A DNA stretch of 64,000 nucleotides from an uncultured Clostridia bacterium (GTDB taxonomy: Bacteria > Bacillota > Clostridia > Christensenellales > UBA1242). A program made the position numbers and the translations under genes. The notes beneath the pieces are model-generated. The model did not search any database and was not told where the DNA came from. It saw only the letters and a program-made list of their open reading frames with translations. The DNA lies in assembly GCA_944377485.1 (NCBI GenBank), contig CALWFB010000008.1, forward strand, positions 456 through 64,455, read 5' to 3'. The first letter of the stretch is position 1. The number at the start of each line of letters is the position of its first letter. Below, piece by piece: positions 41,056 through 52,487 of this stretch.

Positions 41056-41421
41056 CTATACTCTAACGTCTACAATATGTACTATAACATTTTTCACAAT
41101 CATACCCGCAAAACGTTCTACTGAGTATTTTACACTCTGTCTAATAGACTCAGAAACGGCGGACGCAGACACACCACAATGGCGCATAATTACGTAGACG
41201 TCAATATTCATACTATCATTTTCAAGAGTGGTGACTACCACACCTTTGTGAGCGGTGGTCAAAGCATTACCTTTGAAAAAACTTCGCTCTGATACCAAAC
41301 CAACTACACCCACACATTCCATAACGGAAACAGCTGCAACCTTACTGATTGCACGTTTGCTAATACTAATCTTGCCAAATGAGTTAAAGGTGGTTAGTTT
41401 CATTTCACTCTCCGAAAACAT
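41056..41421 (-). CDS. Asp23/Gls24-family (alkaline shock) protein, YloU-like
   Basis: 121 aa. Contains ISKRAISKVAAVSVMECVGVVG and has the expected synteny. Confidence 0.85.
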   Translation of the reverse strand: MFSESEMKLTTFNSFGKISISKRAISKVAAVSVMECVGVVGLVSERSFFKGNALTTAHKGVVVTTLENDSMNIDVYVIMRHCGVSASAVSESIRQSVKYSVERFAGMIVKNVIVHIVDVRV

Positions 41422-41476
41422 TATATAATATTATTATGAATTAATCAAACATTTTTACTTATTTTTTTAAAAATAC

Positions 41477-41505
41477 TTGCTTTTTCCATAAATTTATGAT
41501 AATAT
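41477..41505 (+). promoter_or_regulatory. Sigma-A-type extended -10 promoter for rpmB
   Basis: TTGCTT, 17 nt, TGATAATAT. GGAGG lies at 41531 and the ATG at 41543. Confidence 0.6.
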
Positions 41506-41542
41506 ACATACGTTTTAGAGAAAATCAATCGGAGGTAAACTT

Positions 41543-41728
41543 ATGAAGGTATGTGAAGTATGTGGAAAAGGTAGCACATCTGGCAACAACGTTAGTCATA
41601 GTATGCGTCACACAAAGAGAACATTTGAAGCCAACATTCAAAAAGTTGATGTAGAAATAGATGGTAAAAAAGGTAAGAAAAATGTATGTGCTCGTTGCCT
41701 AAAAACAATGAAAAAAGAAAGTAAATAA
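41543..41728 (+). CDS. rpmB: 50S ribosomal protein L28
   Basis: N-terminus MKVCEVCGKGSTSGNNVSHSMRHTKRTF. Confidence 0.93.
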   Translation: MKVCEVCGKGSTSGNNVSHSMRHTKRTFEANIQKVDVEIDGKKGKKNVCARCLKTMKKESK

Positions 41729-41990
41729 TTTTTATTAGTTAATTCAAGCGGTAGTTATCAAAACTATCGCTTTTTTATTTAATAAATTGTATTCTTTTAA
41801 AATATTGACTAATAAAAATCTAATACTTATTTAACAAAAGAAATTTTAGCATCATATATTATTGTATGAAAATATATTGTTGGAAAGCTCCTAAATTATT
41901 GTGTCCTATTCTAAAATTAATTTTTAGAAAAAACATATTTTATTTAGGTAAATAAAAAAATATGCAATATGTCTATTGCATACTTTTAGT

Positions 41991-43115
41991 CTAATCACCT
42001 AGTTTCTTTTTGAAATTATTTGTTTTGGGATAAGCTTTTTCTGATATTGAATTTTGCAAATCCTTTATCAATTTTATTGTGTTTTTATCAATATCTTTTG
42101 GCATTTCACCTTTTAACGTCACAATTAAATCTCCCGTACCAAATCCTTTTAAGTATTTAATTCCCTTACCTTTTAAAGTGTATTTTGTATTAGATTGAGT
42201 TAAAGGTGCTACGTCTATCGTCTGTTTTCCTTTCAAAGTTGGAATCTCTACCTTCCCTCCTAGCATTAATGTAGTAATTGGAGCATATACATCTACATAC
42301 AAATCAAAGCCTTTTCTCACTAACAATGAATGTGGTTGAACAGTAATTGAAATTCTAAGGTCGCCAGGGATTCCATTAGGACTAGCTGTTTGATTGCCTT
42401 GCCCTTCTATCCTTAATGTTTGCTCATTGTCTATTCCTGCTGGAATTTTTACTTTAATTTTAGCAGTGACAGTTTTTAAACCAGTACCACGACAATCTGG
42501 ACATTTATTTTTTACAATTTTACCTTTACCACCGCAATTCCTACATGTACCAACAGTTCTAGTCATACCAAACAATGTTTGTTGAGTATACGTCACACGA
42601 CCAGTTCCATTACATTCTGAACATGTCACATAATCACTATCCGTTTTTGCACCCGTTCCATGACAACTATCACAGCGCTCTTTCCTGGTGACCGTCACTT
42701 CTTTTTCGCACCCAAATGCTGCCTCTGCAAATGATATAACAAGATTAATATTGATATCTTCGCCTTCTTCTCGCACTTGTTGAGAACGAGCACGACCACC
42801 GAAATTAGAGAAAATATTGAAAATATCCTCGAATCCACCAAAGCCTTCACTAGAATCAAAGCCTGAAAAACCTTGCCCACCGCCAAAGCCTTGTGGACCA
42901 TCTGCACTTCCAAATTGGTCATAATTGGCACGCTTTTGCTTATCACTAAGCACAGAGTATGCTTCGTTAATTTCTTTAAATTTCTCAGCCGCTTCCGGAG
43001 TTTTATTCAAGTCGGGGTGATATTTTTTAGCAAGTTGCCTATATGCAGACTTGATTTCATCATCACTCGCCGACTTATTTACTCCTAGTGTCGCATAATA
43101 ATCTTTATTCGCCAT
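41991..43115 (-). CDS. dnaJ: Chaperone DnaJ
   Basis: Has a J-domain with KKYHPDLNK, a G/F-rich region and four CxxCxGxG zinc motifs. Confidence 0.96.
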   Translation of the reverse strand: MANKDYYATLGVNKSASDDEIKSAYRQLAKKYHPDLNKTPEAAEKFKEINEAYSVLSDKQKRANYDQFGSADGPQGFGGGQGFSGFDSSEGFGGFEDIFNIFSNFGGRARSQQVREEGEDININLVISFAEAAFGCEKEVTVTRKERCDSCHGTGAKTDSDYVTCSECNGTGRVTYTQQTLFGMTRTVGTCRNCGGKGKIVKNKCPDCRGTGLKTVTAKIKVKIPAGIDNEQTLRIEGQGNQTASPNGIPGDLRISITVQPHSLLVRKGFDLYVDVYAPITTLMLGGKVEIPTLKGKQTIDVAPLTQSNTKYTLKGKGIKYLKGFGTGDLIVTLKGEMPKDIDKNTIKLIKDLQNSISEKAYPKTNNFKKKLGD

Positions 43116-43117
43116 AA

Positions 43118-45452
<2,335 letters not shown>

Positions 45453-45476
45453 TTAATTCTCCTTATTAAATAAAAT

Positions 45477-46097
45477 TTATTTTAAAATGTTGAGCCATTG
45501 TTTAATATTTTGATTTTGTTCTACTTTATTGCTTGCCCTGCCGTGTCCAGGATATAATTCTCTATAATCTAATTTATCAAGTTTTAAAAGACTATTTAAC
45601 ATATCCTTTTCGTTAGAATCAATAAAATCAGTCCTACCAATCGCAACAGAGAACAATGTATCGCCACTAAATAATTTATCGTCAATTAGATAACAGACAC
45701 TATCTAGTGAATGTCCGGGGGTATATAGACATTTCACTATTATTCCATCAATGTTGACAGTTTCATTATCTTTCAAGACATTGATTTTGCTAATCTTGTA
45801 AACTTTCGGACTAATCATTATACTGACATTAAGTTTTGGTTCTTTTGCTGTTTTGTCAGCATAAATTGAAGCATATATTGGAATGTTTTCTTGATTATAT
45901 TCTTCAATATATTTTATATGGTCAAAGTGAGCATGTGTCAAGAATATTGCCTTGATAGGTTTATTGATAAATTTTTTTATTTCAGATATTGGCACTCCTG
46001 CATCAACTAAAATACAGCAATGATTATTTTCAACCACATAGGTATTTTGATTTAACTCACCTTCTTTCCATTTGACCTTCAATGTATGAACGTTCAT
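45477..46097 (-). CDS. MBL-fold metallo-hydrolase (glyoxalase II-like)
   Basis: Contains THAHFDH, PGHSLDS, GDTLF and PGHG. Its ATG shares one base with the grpE TAA (TAATG). Confidence 0.85.
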   Translation of the reverse strand: MNVHTLKVKWKEGELNQNTYVVENNHCCILVDAGVPISEIKKFINKPIKAIFLTHAHFDHIKYIEEYNQENIPIYASIYADKTAKEPKLNVSIMISPKVYKISKINVLKDNETVNIDGIIVKCLYTPGHSLDSVCYLIDDKLFSGDTLFSVAIGRTDFIDSNEKDMLNSLLKLDKLDYRELYPGHGRASNKVEQNQNIKQWLNILK

Positions 46098-46783
46098 TAT
46101 TTTTTGACCACCACCTGAGCATATCGTATTACTTTGCCTTTATAGGTGAATCCACGATATGCAACTTTTGTAATCATTCCTGACTCAACATCTGCACTGT
46201 CATCTGTATCAATTGCTTGATGTAATTCTGGATTAAACTTACCTGTTGCATCAATCTCTTCAACTCCCATCTTATTCAACGTGTCCAAAATTCCTTTTTC
46301 AATGAATTTTATACCCATAAGTGTATTTTTGTCAGTAATCATATCAGTAGCCATTTTGAAGCTGTCCAAAGCTGGAATGAATTGTTCAATCGCATCTATA
46401 AAGCCGTCTTGTCTAGCATCTGAAAGAGCGGTTTGCATACGTTTTCGATAATTGTCAAATTCTGCCTGAACTCTCAATAAATCACTTAGATAGTCCTTTT
46501 TCTCCTCATGTTTATTTTCACATTGGCAATTTTCACTACACTTTTCTTCCGAGCAACATTTACATTCATCGTCACAATCACAATCTTCATTGCACTCACA
46601 ATCGTCATTACAGTTGCAATCATCACATTTGCACTCTTTTTTGCAATGACAATTGGAATCACATTCGCAATTCTCTTTCTCTAAATCTGTACTTTCCTCA
46701 TTGCTATTATCAGAAAACACGTCTTCACTGCTTTGGTATTCTGTTTCTAAATTCTCTTCTGATTCTTTATTGTTTTTTTTCAC
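46097..46783 (-). CDS. grpE: Nucleotide exchange factor GrpE with an acidic, Cys-rich N-terminal insertion
   Basis: The C-terminal 140 aa are canonical GrpE (LLRVQAEFDNYRKR ... KGKVIRYAQVVV). Residues 39-88 hold 18 Cys arranged as CxC pairs. Confidence 0.9.
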   Translation of the reverse strand: MKKNNKESEENLETEYQSSEDVFSDNSNEESTDLEKENCECDSNCHCKKECKCDDCNCNDDCECNEDCDCDDECKCCSEEKCSENCQCENKHEEKKDYLSDLLRVQAEFDNYRKRMQTALSDARQDGFIDAIEQFIPALDSFKMATDMITDKNTLMGIKFIEKGILDTLNKMGVEEIDATGKFNPELHQAIDTDDSADVESGMITKVAYRGFTYKGKVIRYAQVVVKK

Positions 46784-47811
46784 TCGCTACCTCCTTTTTG
46801 GTTGTCGATTTGATTTACAATGAATTTTAAAGCAGCCGCCACGTTTGCATAGTCTATACGTTTAGGACCAACGAGCGCAAGACTAGCAATTGGTACTCCA
46901 TTGATAACAATAGGAGCACTCATCATCATTCCGCCTTTTAATTTGGATTGCTCTTTTTCATCTCCAATTGTAAAATTCAAATCGTTAGTTTCAGTTTTAA
47001 TTACATCTATTACATTATCTTCATTAGATAAAAACTCAAATACACTTTTGGCATCATCATATTCATTTTTATTCAATCCATCTAATAATTTAGTAGGATT
47101 TTCATTAGACACATCGCATTTTGTTTTGATTACACTTATTAACGCGTCTGCAACACTATCAATAAGGTTTTTGAATTGAATAATTTGAGCACCTGCTTTG
47201 AAACATACATCATTAATATTATCAATTAAATATTTTATTGTTTGCCCTTTAAAATGCTTGGTCAAATAGTCACTTGCTTCAATGCATGAATTTCTATCTA
47301 TATTTGGGTCTAACGACATATTATCATCAATTATTCCTGCATTAGTTTCAACCAATAGCAACGCATCTTTTTGTATTAATGGAATAATTTGAATATTTTC
47401 AATTGTTAGATTTTGAAGTCCATGTTGAACCAAAACCGTTGGACAATTTGTTGCTCTACTTAACCTCTTTGCAAGTGTAGATAATGTGCTAATTAAGCTA
47501 ACTGAGCGATTTTCATACGAACTGAGTACATTTTTAATTGATTCATAATTCAATTTATCATTGCTAAGTATAGTGTTCACATATTCCTTATATGCAAGAC
47601 TTGTTGGTACACGTCCACCAGACGTATGCAACTGTTTAAAATAGCCCATACTCTCCAATGCATTTAATTCGTTTCTCAGCGTTGCCGAACTGATGTCTTT
47701 AAAATGATTATTCAGTCCACCACTCGTAATTGGTTGTGCTGTTTTGATAAAATCATCGACTGCAACTAAAACTATTTCATGTTTCCTTTTGTTCTTTTCA
47801 TCTATTTTCAC
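46780..47811 (-). CDS. hrcA: Heat-inducible transcription repressor HrcA
   Basis: 343 aa. Has an N-terminal winged helix (SATLRNELNALESMGY), a GTG start after GAGG, and a CIRCE element upstream. Confidence 0.92.
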   Translation of the reverse strand: MKIDEKNKRKHEIVLVAVDDFIKTAQPITSGGLNNHFKDISSATLRNELNALESMGYFKQLHTSGGRVPTSLAYKEYVNTILSNDKLNYESIKNVLSSYENRSVSLISTLSTLAKRLSRATNCPTVLVQHGLQNLTIENIQIIPLIQKDALLLVETNAGIIDDNMSLDPNIDRNSCIEASDYLTKHFKGQTIKYLIDNINDVCFKAGAQIIQFKNLIDSVADALISVIKTKCDVSNENPTKLLDGLNKNEYDDAKSVFEFLSNEDNVIDVIKTETNDLNFTIGDEKEQSKLKGGMMMSAPIVINGVPIASLALVGPKRIDYANVAAALKFIVNQIDNQKGGSE

Positions 47812-47846
47812 AATTCTACCTCATTTACAATCTACGCCTCCAAAGT

Positions 47847-47873
47847 TTAGCACTCTATATTATTGACTGCTAA
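47847..47873 (-). promoter_or_regulatory. CIRCE operator (HrcA binding site)
   Basis: TTAGCACTC-N9-GACTGCTAA, one mismatch to the consensus TTAGCACTC-N9-GAGTGCTAA. It lies directly downstream of the -10 box. Confidence 0.85.
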
Positions 47874-47877
47874 CTCT

Positions 47878-47906
47878 ATTTTATGCACATTGCTAATAAA
47901 TGTCAA
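47878..47906 (-). promoter_or_regulatory. Sigma-A promoter of the hrcA-grpE-dnaK-dnaJ operon
   Basis: On the minus strand: TTGACA, 17 nt, TAAAAT, 4 nt before CIRCE. Confidence 0.75.
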
Positions 47907-48094
47907 CTAAAATTGCCAACTTTTTTAAAATTTTTTAATTTTTTATAAAACAAGATAAAATATTAGATAAGCATTTAAAAAGGAATATCTCTATGACTAA
48001 CATTAATATAAATAATTAGTAAATAAAAGCATACTAAAAATATATAGTATATTATTATAAAGTAAAAAATATAATCTAGTAAAGATTATAAATT

Positions 48095-48508
48095 TTAATT
48101 ATTTAAATTTTTATTTTCTTCTTCCAAATCAAACTCTTTTTGCAAACGCTTAATTTCTCTTCTTGTGCTTAGTTTTAACATTTTCATATCTTCTGTACTA
48201 ATATTTAATTTTTTTATAACATTTAGCATGATATTACAATTAACTAACTCATTTAAGAACTGTAAATCTTGTTTGCAAAGTTTTACCAAAAAATTGACAT
48301 TATTATAATAATCAACTGGTAAATCCTTGTAATGAATATGATATTTAATAATACATTTGATTATGAATGCATCTAATGTTTTAGCATTAAGGTAATCCAT
48401 TGTTAATTCTTTGCTGATTGTATCGTAATCATCTCTAAGGCTAAGTATTGCCCTAATGTGAACTAATATGTCTTTTTGTACTGCTTGAATTCCGTCTTTT
48501 ACTTTCAT
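48095..48508 (-). CDS. Hypothetical protein (137 aa), no recognisable family
   Basis: The ATG at 48508 lies 6 nt after AAGGAG (48515-48520). The ORF-track GTG start at 48538 lies immediately upstream of the -10 box (48529-48534), inside the extended -10 element. Confidence 0.55.
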   Translation of the reverse strand: MKVKDGIQAVQKDILVHIRAILSLRDDYDTISKELTMDYLNAKTLDAFIIKCIIKYHIHYKDLPVDYYNNVNFLVKLCKQDLQFLNELVNCNIMLNVIKKLNISTEDMKMLKLSTRREIKRLQKEFDLEEENKNLNN

Positions 48509-48528
48509 TAAAAACTCCTTATCGGTAG

Positions 48529-48556
48529 ATTTTATCACTTATTAAAAAATTGTCAA
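48529..48556 (-). promoter_or_regulatory. Sigma-A-type extended -10 promoter for the 48095-48508 gene
   Basis: On the minus strand: TTGACA, 16 nt, TGATAAAAT. Confidence 0.55.
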
Positions 48557-48583
48557 CAAGTTTTAGTATTATATTTTTAATAA

Positions 48584-48611
48584 AATAAAAAAATCCTTAA
48601 TTAAAAGGATT
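48584..48611 (-). terminator. Intrinsic terminator after hemW
   Basis: Stem AATCCTT / AAGGATT, followed by a T-run on the minus strand. It starts right after the hemW TAA. Confidence 0.6.
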
Positions 48612-49763
48612 TTATATTAATTCTACAATAATCGAATTTGATACAGCAAAATAATCATCTTTTATTTTTAAATAATTATCTTTTATTTCTATCATTCCTA
48701 ATTCTGTCATCTTTTTAATTGCTTCCGCTCTAGTACGCAATATGTCTTCATTAAAATCTTTTTTGAACTTATCTAAATCTAACCCCTTTTGAGTCCTCAA
48801 AGATAACATTATTCGTTCTATTCTATGTTCTTCATTAGAAACATATTCTTTACTATAAACTGCACTTTTACCTTCATTCATAGCATCAATATATGTGTCT
48901 AATCTTTTTGTATTATAGTATCTATATCCATCTATATAACTATGAGCTGCAACCCCAAGACCAAGATAAGAAGATTCATCGTCCCAATATTTTAAATTGT
49001 GCTTACATTCAAAACCTGGTTTTGCATAGTTCGAAACTTCATACCTACAATAACCGGCTTTTGTTAATGTTTTATTGATTTTATTATATATATCTACCAT
49101 ATCCTCATCTTTCACTGGTGAGATTTTACCTTTTTTAAGTTTACTATAAAGCATTGTATGCTTTTCAATTTGTAAAGTATATGTAGAAATATGTTTAACA
49201 TTTTGTTTCATTAAATAATTGATTGTCTGCATTACAGAACTCTTTGTTTGCCCCGGCAATCCAATCATAACATCGCTATTAACATTTGGGAATTCACTAT
49301 TTTTTAATAATTTAAATGTTTCATCTATATTCTCCATACTCTGAATTCTGCCATGCTCTCTTAACAATTTTTCATCTAAACATTGCACTCCTACACTAAT
49401 GCGATTAACTCCTGCTTGGACGTATTCAAAATATTTTTCTTTCGTAAAAGATGATGGATTAACTTCTATTGTGAATTCGGTTTTATCAAGAAAATGAAAA
49501 CTGCTATAAATTTTTCTCGCAAGACTAGCAATATAACCCTCATAAACAATACTAGGTGTACCGCCACCTATAAAAATTGAATCAAAAGTTCTATCATAAA
49601 AATTTCGTTTGACCATATCTATCTCTGTGAAAAGAGCATCGAGATAAAGTTGTTGTGCCTTATAATCCATAGAGTATGATACAAAATCACAATAATCACA
49701 TTTCCTGCCACAAAACGGAATATGGATATATAAACCCATAGGTTTACTTTCATCAACTGCCAT
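48612..49763 (-). CDS. hemW: Radical SAM heme chaperone HemW (HemN-like, YqeR)
   Basis: Contains IHIPFCGRKCDYCDF and the HemN C-terminal domain. Sits in lepA-hemW-hrcA synteny. Confidence 0.9.
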   Translation of the reverse strand: MAVDESKPMGLYIHIPFCGRKCDYCDFVSYSMDYKAQQLYLDALFTEIDMVKRNFYDRTFDSIFIGGGTPSIVYEGYIASLARKIYSSFHFLDKTEFTIEVNPSSFTKEKYFEYVQAGVNRISVGVQCLDEKLLREHGRIQSMENIDETFKLLKNSEFPNVNSDVMIGLPGQTKSSVMQTINYLMKQNVKHISTYTLQIEKHTMLYSKLKKGKISPVKDEDMVDIYNKINKTLTKAGYCRYEVSNYAKPGFECKHNLKYWDDESSYLGLGVAAHSYIDGYRYYNTKRLDTYIDAMNEGKSAVYSKEYVSNEEHRIERIMLSLRTQKGLDLDKFKKDFNEDILRTRAEAIKKMTELGMIEIKDNYLKIKDDYFAVSNSIIVELI

Positions 49764-49836
49764 AATTCACCCCTAAAATTATTAATATTATAACCTATAT
49801 GAAAAATTTTTCCTAATAATTTGTCAAATTTTTTTA

Positions 49837-51636
49837 TTAATCGTCAAGTTTTAGAATGCTGACAAATGCCTCACTCGGTAAATCAACACTTCCCAAACGT
49901 CTCATACGTTTTTTACCCTCTTTTTGTTTTTCCAATAATTTTCGTTTTCTTGTCACATCTCCACCATAACATTTAGCGAGAACATCTTTACGCATCGCTG
50001 AGATTGTTTCTCTCGCAATTACCTTACCACCAATTACTGCTTGAATAGGAATTTCAAATAAATGTCTAGGAATAACTGTTTTCAATCTTTCACATAAGGC
50101 TCTACCTCGTTGATAAGCTTTGTCTTTATGCACAATAATCGAAAGAGCGTCACAAATTTCACCATTTAGCAAAATATCTAGTTTTACTAACTGACTATCT
50201 TGATATCCTGACAATTCATAATCCATACTAGCATATCCTTTGCTGATAGACTTTATCTTGTCAAAAAAATCATATACAATCTCATTTAATGGCATAGTAT
50301 ATATTAATTTTGTCCTATTTGCGTCAATATATTGCATATCATGATAGATGCCTCGCCTGTCAGCACACAAATCCATAATACCGCCCAAATAATCTTTTGG
50401 AGTAATAATTTCCATTTTGACCACAGGTTCTTCCATCTTTGAGACATTTGCCATTGGAGGCATCTCGGTAGGATTTGTCACATCATAGACATTGCCCTTA
50501 TTGTCGTATACTTTATATTCTACACTTGGTGCAGTTGTTATTATATCAAGATTGAATTCTCTTTCTAATCTTTCAGTAATTATTTCCATGTGCAAAAGAC
50601 CTAAAAATCCACACCTGAATCCATGACCCAGTGCAAGAGATGTCTCTTTGGTAAAATGTAAACTAGCATCATTAAGTTTTAATTTTTCCAACGCATCACT
50701 TAATTCTTGGTATTTATCTCCATCGAGTGGGAAAACTCCACAGAATACTACACTTGTTGCTTCTTTATAGCCATCTAATGGTTTGTCAATAGGGTTTGAT
50801 TTTAATGTAATTGTATCTCCCACTTTGGTATCTGATACATTTTTTATTGATGCAGCAATATATCCAACATCTCCGGCAGATAAATAATCTGTTGCTACAG
50901 CCTGCGGAGTAAATATTCCTACTTCTGTGACCATAAATGATTTGTTGGTCTGCATAAACAATATTTCATCACCCGCTTTCACTTTTCCATCGAAAATTCT
51001 AACCAAACTCACAGCACCTTTATATGAATCGTAATAACTGTCAAATATTAAAGCTTTTAGCGCTGCTTTTTCATTTCCCTTAGGTGAAGGAATATTTTTG
51101 ATGACTGATTTCAAAACGGATTCTATATTCAATCCAGTCTTAGCACTTATTTCACATGCTTCATCACAAGGAATGCCAATAATGTCTTCAATTTCTTTTT
51201 TGGTTCCACTTATATCAGCACTTGGTAAATCAACCTTATTAATAACAGGTATTATTTCTAAATTAGCATCAAGTGCTAAATAAACATTTGCCAAAGTTTG
51301 TGCCTGCACTCCCTGTGTCGCATCTACAACCAAAATAGCACCTTCACAGGCGGTAAGTGAACGGCTCACTTCATACGAAAAATCGACATGCCCAGGCGTG
51401 TCAATTAAATTCAATGTATAATCAACTCCATCTAACGTATATTTCATACACGCAGGAGTCAATTTTATTGTAATCCCACGTTCACGTTCAATGTCCATAC
51501 TATCTAACATTTGCTCTGACATATCACGTTTAGCAACTGTGTTGGTATATTCCATCAATCTATCAGCTAGTGTACTTTTCCCATGGTCAATATGTGCAAC
51601 TATACAAAAATTTCGTATCTTTTCTTGTCTATCCAT
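49837..51636 (-). CDS. lepA: Elongation factor 4 (LepA)
   Basis: Contains [14 protein letters not shown] and NKVD, plus the LepA C-terminal domain. Start set to the ATG at 51636 ([10 protein letters not shown]). The ORF-track ATG at 51651 overlaps the -10 box. Confidence 0.95.
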   Translation of the reverse strand: MDRQEKIRNFCIVAHIDHGKSTLADRLMEYTNTVAKRDMSEQMLDSMDIERERGITIKLTPACMKYTLDGVDYTLNLIDTPGHVDFSYEVSRSLTACEGAILVVDATQGVQAQTLANVYLALDANLEIIPVINKVDLPSADISGTKKEIEDIIGIPCDEACEISAKTGLNIESVLKSVIKNIPSPKGNEKAALKALIFDSYYDSYKGAVSLVRIFDGKVKAGDEILFMQTNKSFMVTEVGIFTPQAVATDYLSAGDVGYIAASIKNVSDTKVGDTITLKSNPIDKPLDGYKEATSVVFCGVFPLDGDKYQELSDALEKLKLNDASLHFTKETSLALGHGFRCGFLGLLHMEIITERLEREFNLDIITTAPSVEYKVYDNKGNVYDVTNPTEMPPMANVSKMEEPVVKMEIITPKDYLGGIMDLCADRRGIYHDMQYIDANRTKLIYTMPLNEIVYDFFDKIKSISKGYASMDYELSGYQDSQLVKLDILLNGEICDALSIIVHKDKAYQRGRALCERLKTVIPRHLFEIPIQAVIGGKVIARETISAMRKDVLAKCYGGDVTRKRKLLEKQKEGKKRMRRLGSVDLPSEAFVSILKLDD

Positions 51637-51642
51637 AAGTAA

Positions 51643-51671
51643 ATTATACAATAATTTTAGATTATTGTCAA
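51643..51671 (-). promoter_or_regulatory. Consensus sigma-A promoter positioned for a leaderless lepA mRNA
   Basis: On the minus strand: TTGACA, 17 nt, TATAAT, 6 nt (ttactt), then ATG. There is no SD. Confidence 0.65.
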
Positions 51672-51701
51672 AGGTAATCTCAATTATTAAATCAAATTAA
51701 A

Positions 51702-52319
51702 TTAAGGAATAACAATTGTGTTTGACCACTTGGCAATATCTTCTAAATAATCTATTTTATCATTATTTATGCAAATGAATTGTGTAGTCCAAAATGCATC
51801 TGTTCCTTTATTCACTATTGTATAATAATAAAAGGTTTCTCCTTCTGCATAATATGTATAATCAAAAATTTCTATATTCTCATCATAATTATCATTATAA
51901 TAGTTAACTAAAATACCCCTATCATATAGAGTATCGATTAGCATAGAAGCATATTGATCAGTTGTCATCACGTAAGGATTATATCATGCATCTGAAACAA
52001 CTCCAAAATCCTCTCGTACAACTGAAACCACTACATTCAAACTCTCTAAATACAAATCAGAGTTTTCGATATCTGTATATGATTCATAAAATGTTGAATT
52101 AAGAGTAATTTCATATCCATGAACTGATGTAAATTTTTCATCCTTTACTTCTCCGCCAAAACAACCTGACATCAATATAATTGTCAACAACAAAATTGAT
52201 AATAATAAAAATCTTGATTTATATAAATTTAACTTTTTAATATTTTTAATATAACATCTTATGAATACTAAGTCAAACAAAATCACAATTACAAACGTAG
52301 TTAATTTATTTAATATCAT
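51702..52319 (-). pseudogene. Putative lipoprotein gene interrupted by one in-frame TGA (ORFs 51984-52319 and 51702-51971 share a frame)
   Basis: The upstream ORF has a lipobox-like LLLTIILMSGC. TGA at 51984-51986 is the only stop between the two ORFs, and codon phase is preserved across it. Confidence 0.45.
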
Positions 52320-52487
52320 CTCATTTTGGTTAATAATAGTACATTTAATAAATTGGTCAAGATAGACATTTTCTTTATATTAGAAAAATTAACACAAATC
52401 AAGACGTATAAAATTTTAATATTACAAAATGTGATTGTACAAACAAAATTCGATTGATTTCGACATATATACTAACGGAGAGTAAAT

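Noticed and set aside
51984-51986. The in-frame TGA as evidence for an alternative genetic code (code 4 Trp or code 25 Gly), or for selenocysteine.
   Set aside because: Long conserved genes in the window (smc, priA, dnaK, lepA and others) contain no internal TGA, and rlmN terminates with TGA. No GC-rich SECIS-like hairpin follows the codon. A nonsense mutation or a sequencing error is the simpler explanation.
52464-52471. CATATATA upstream of the sigma factor gene as a firm SigE/SigK-dependent promoter.
   Set aside because: Only the -10-like element is visible and no convincing -35 lies at the right spacing. It is kept as a remark in the sigma finding, not as a feature.
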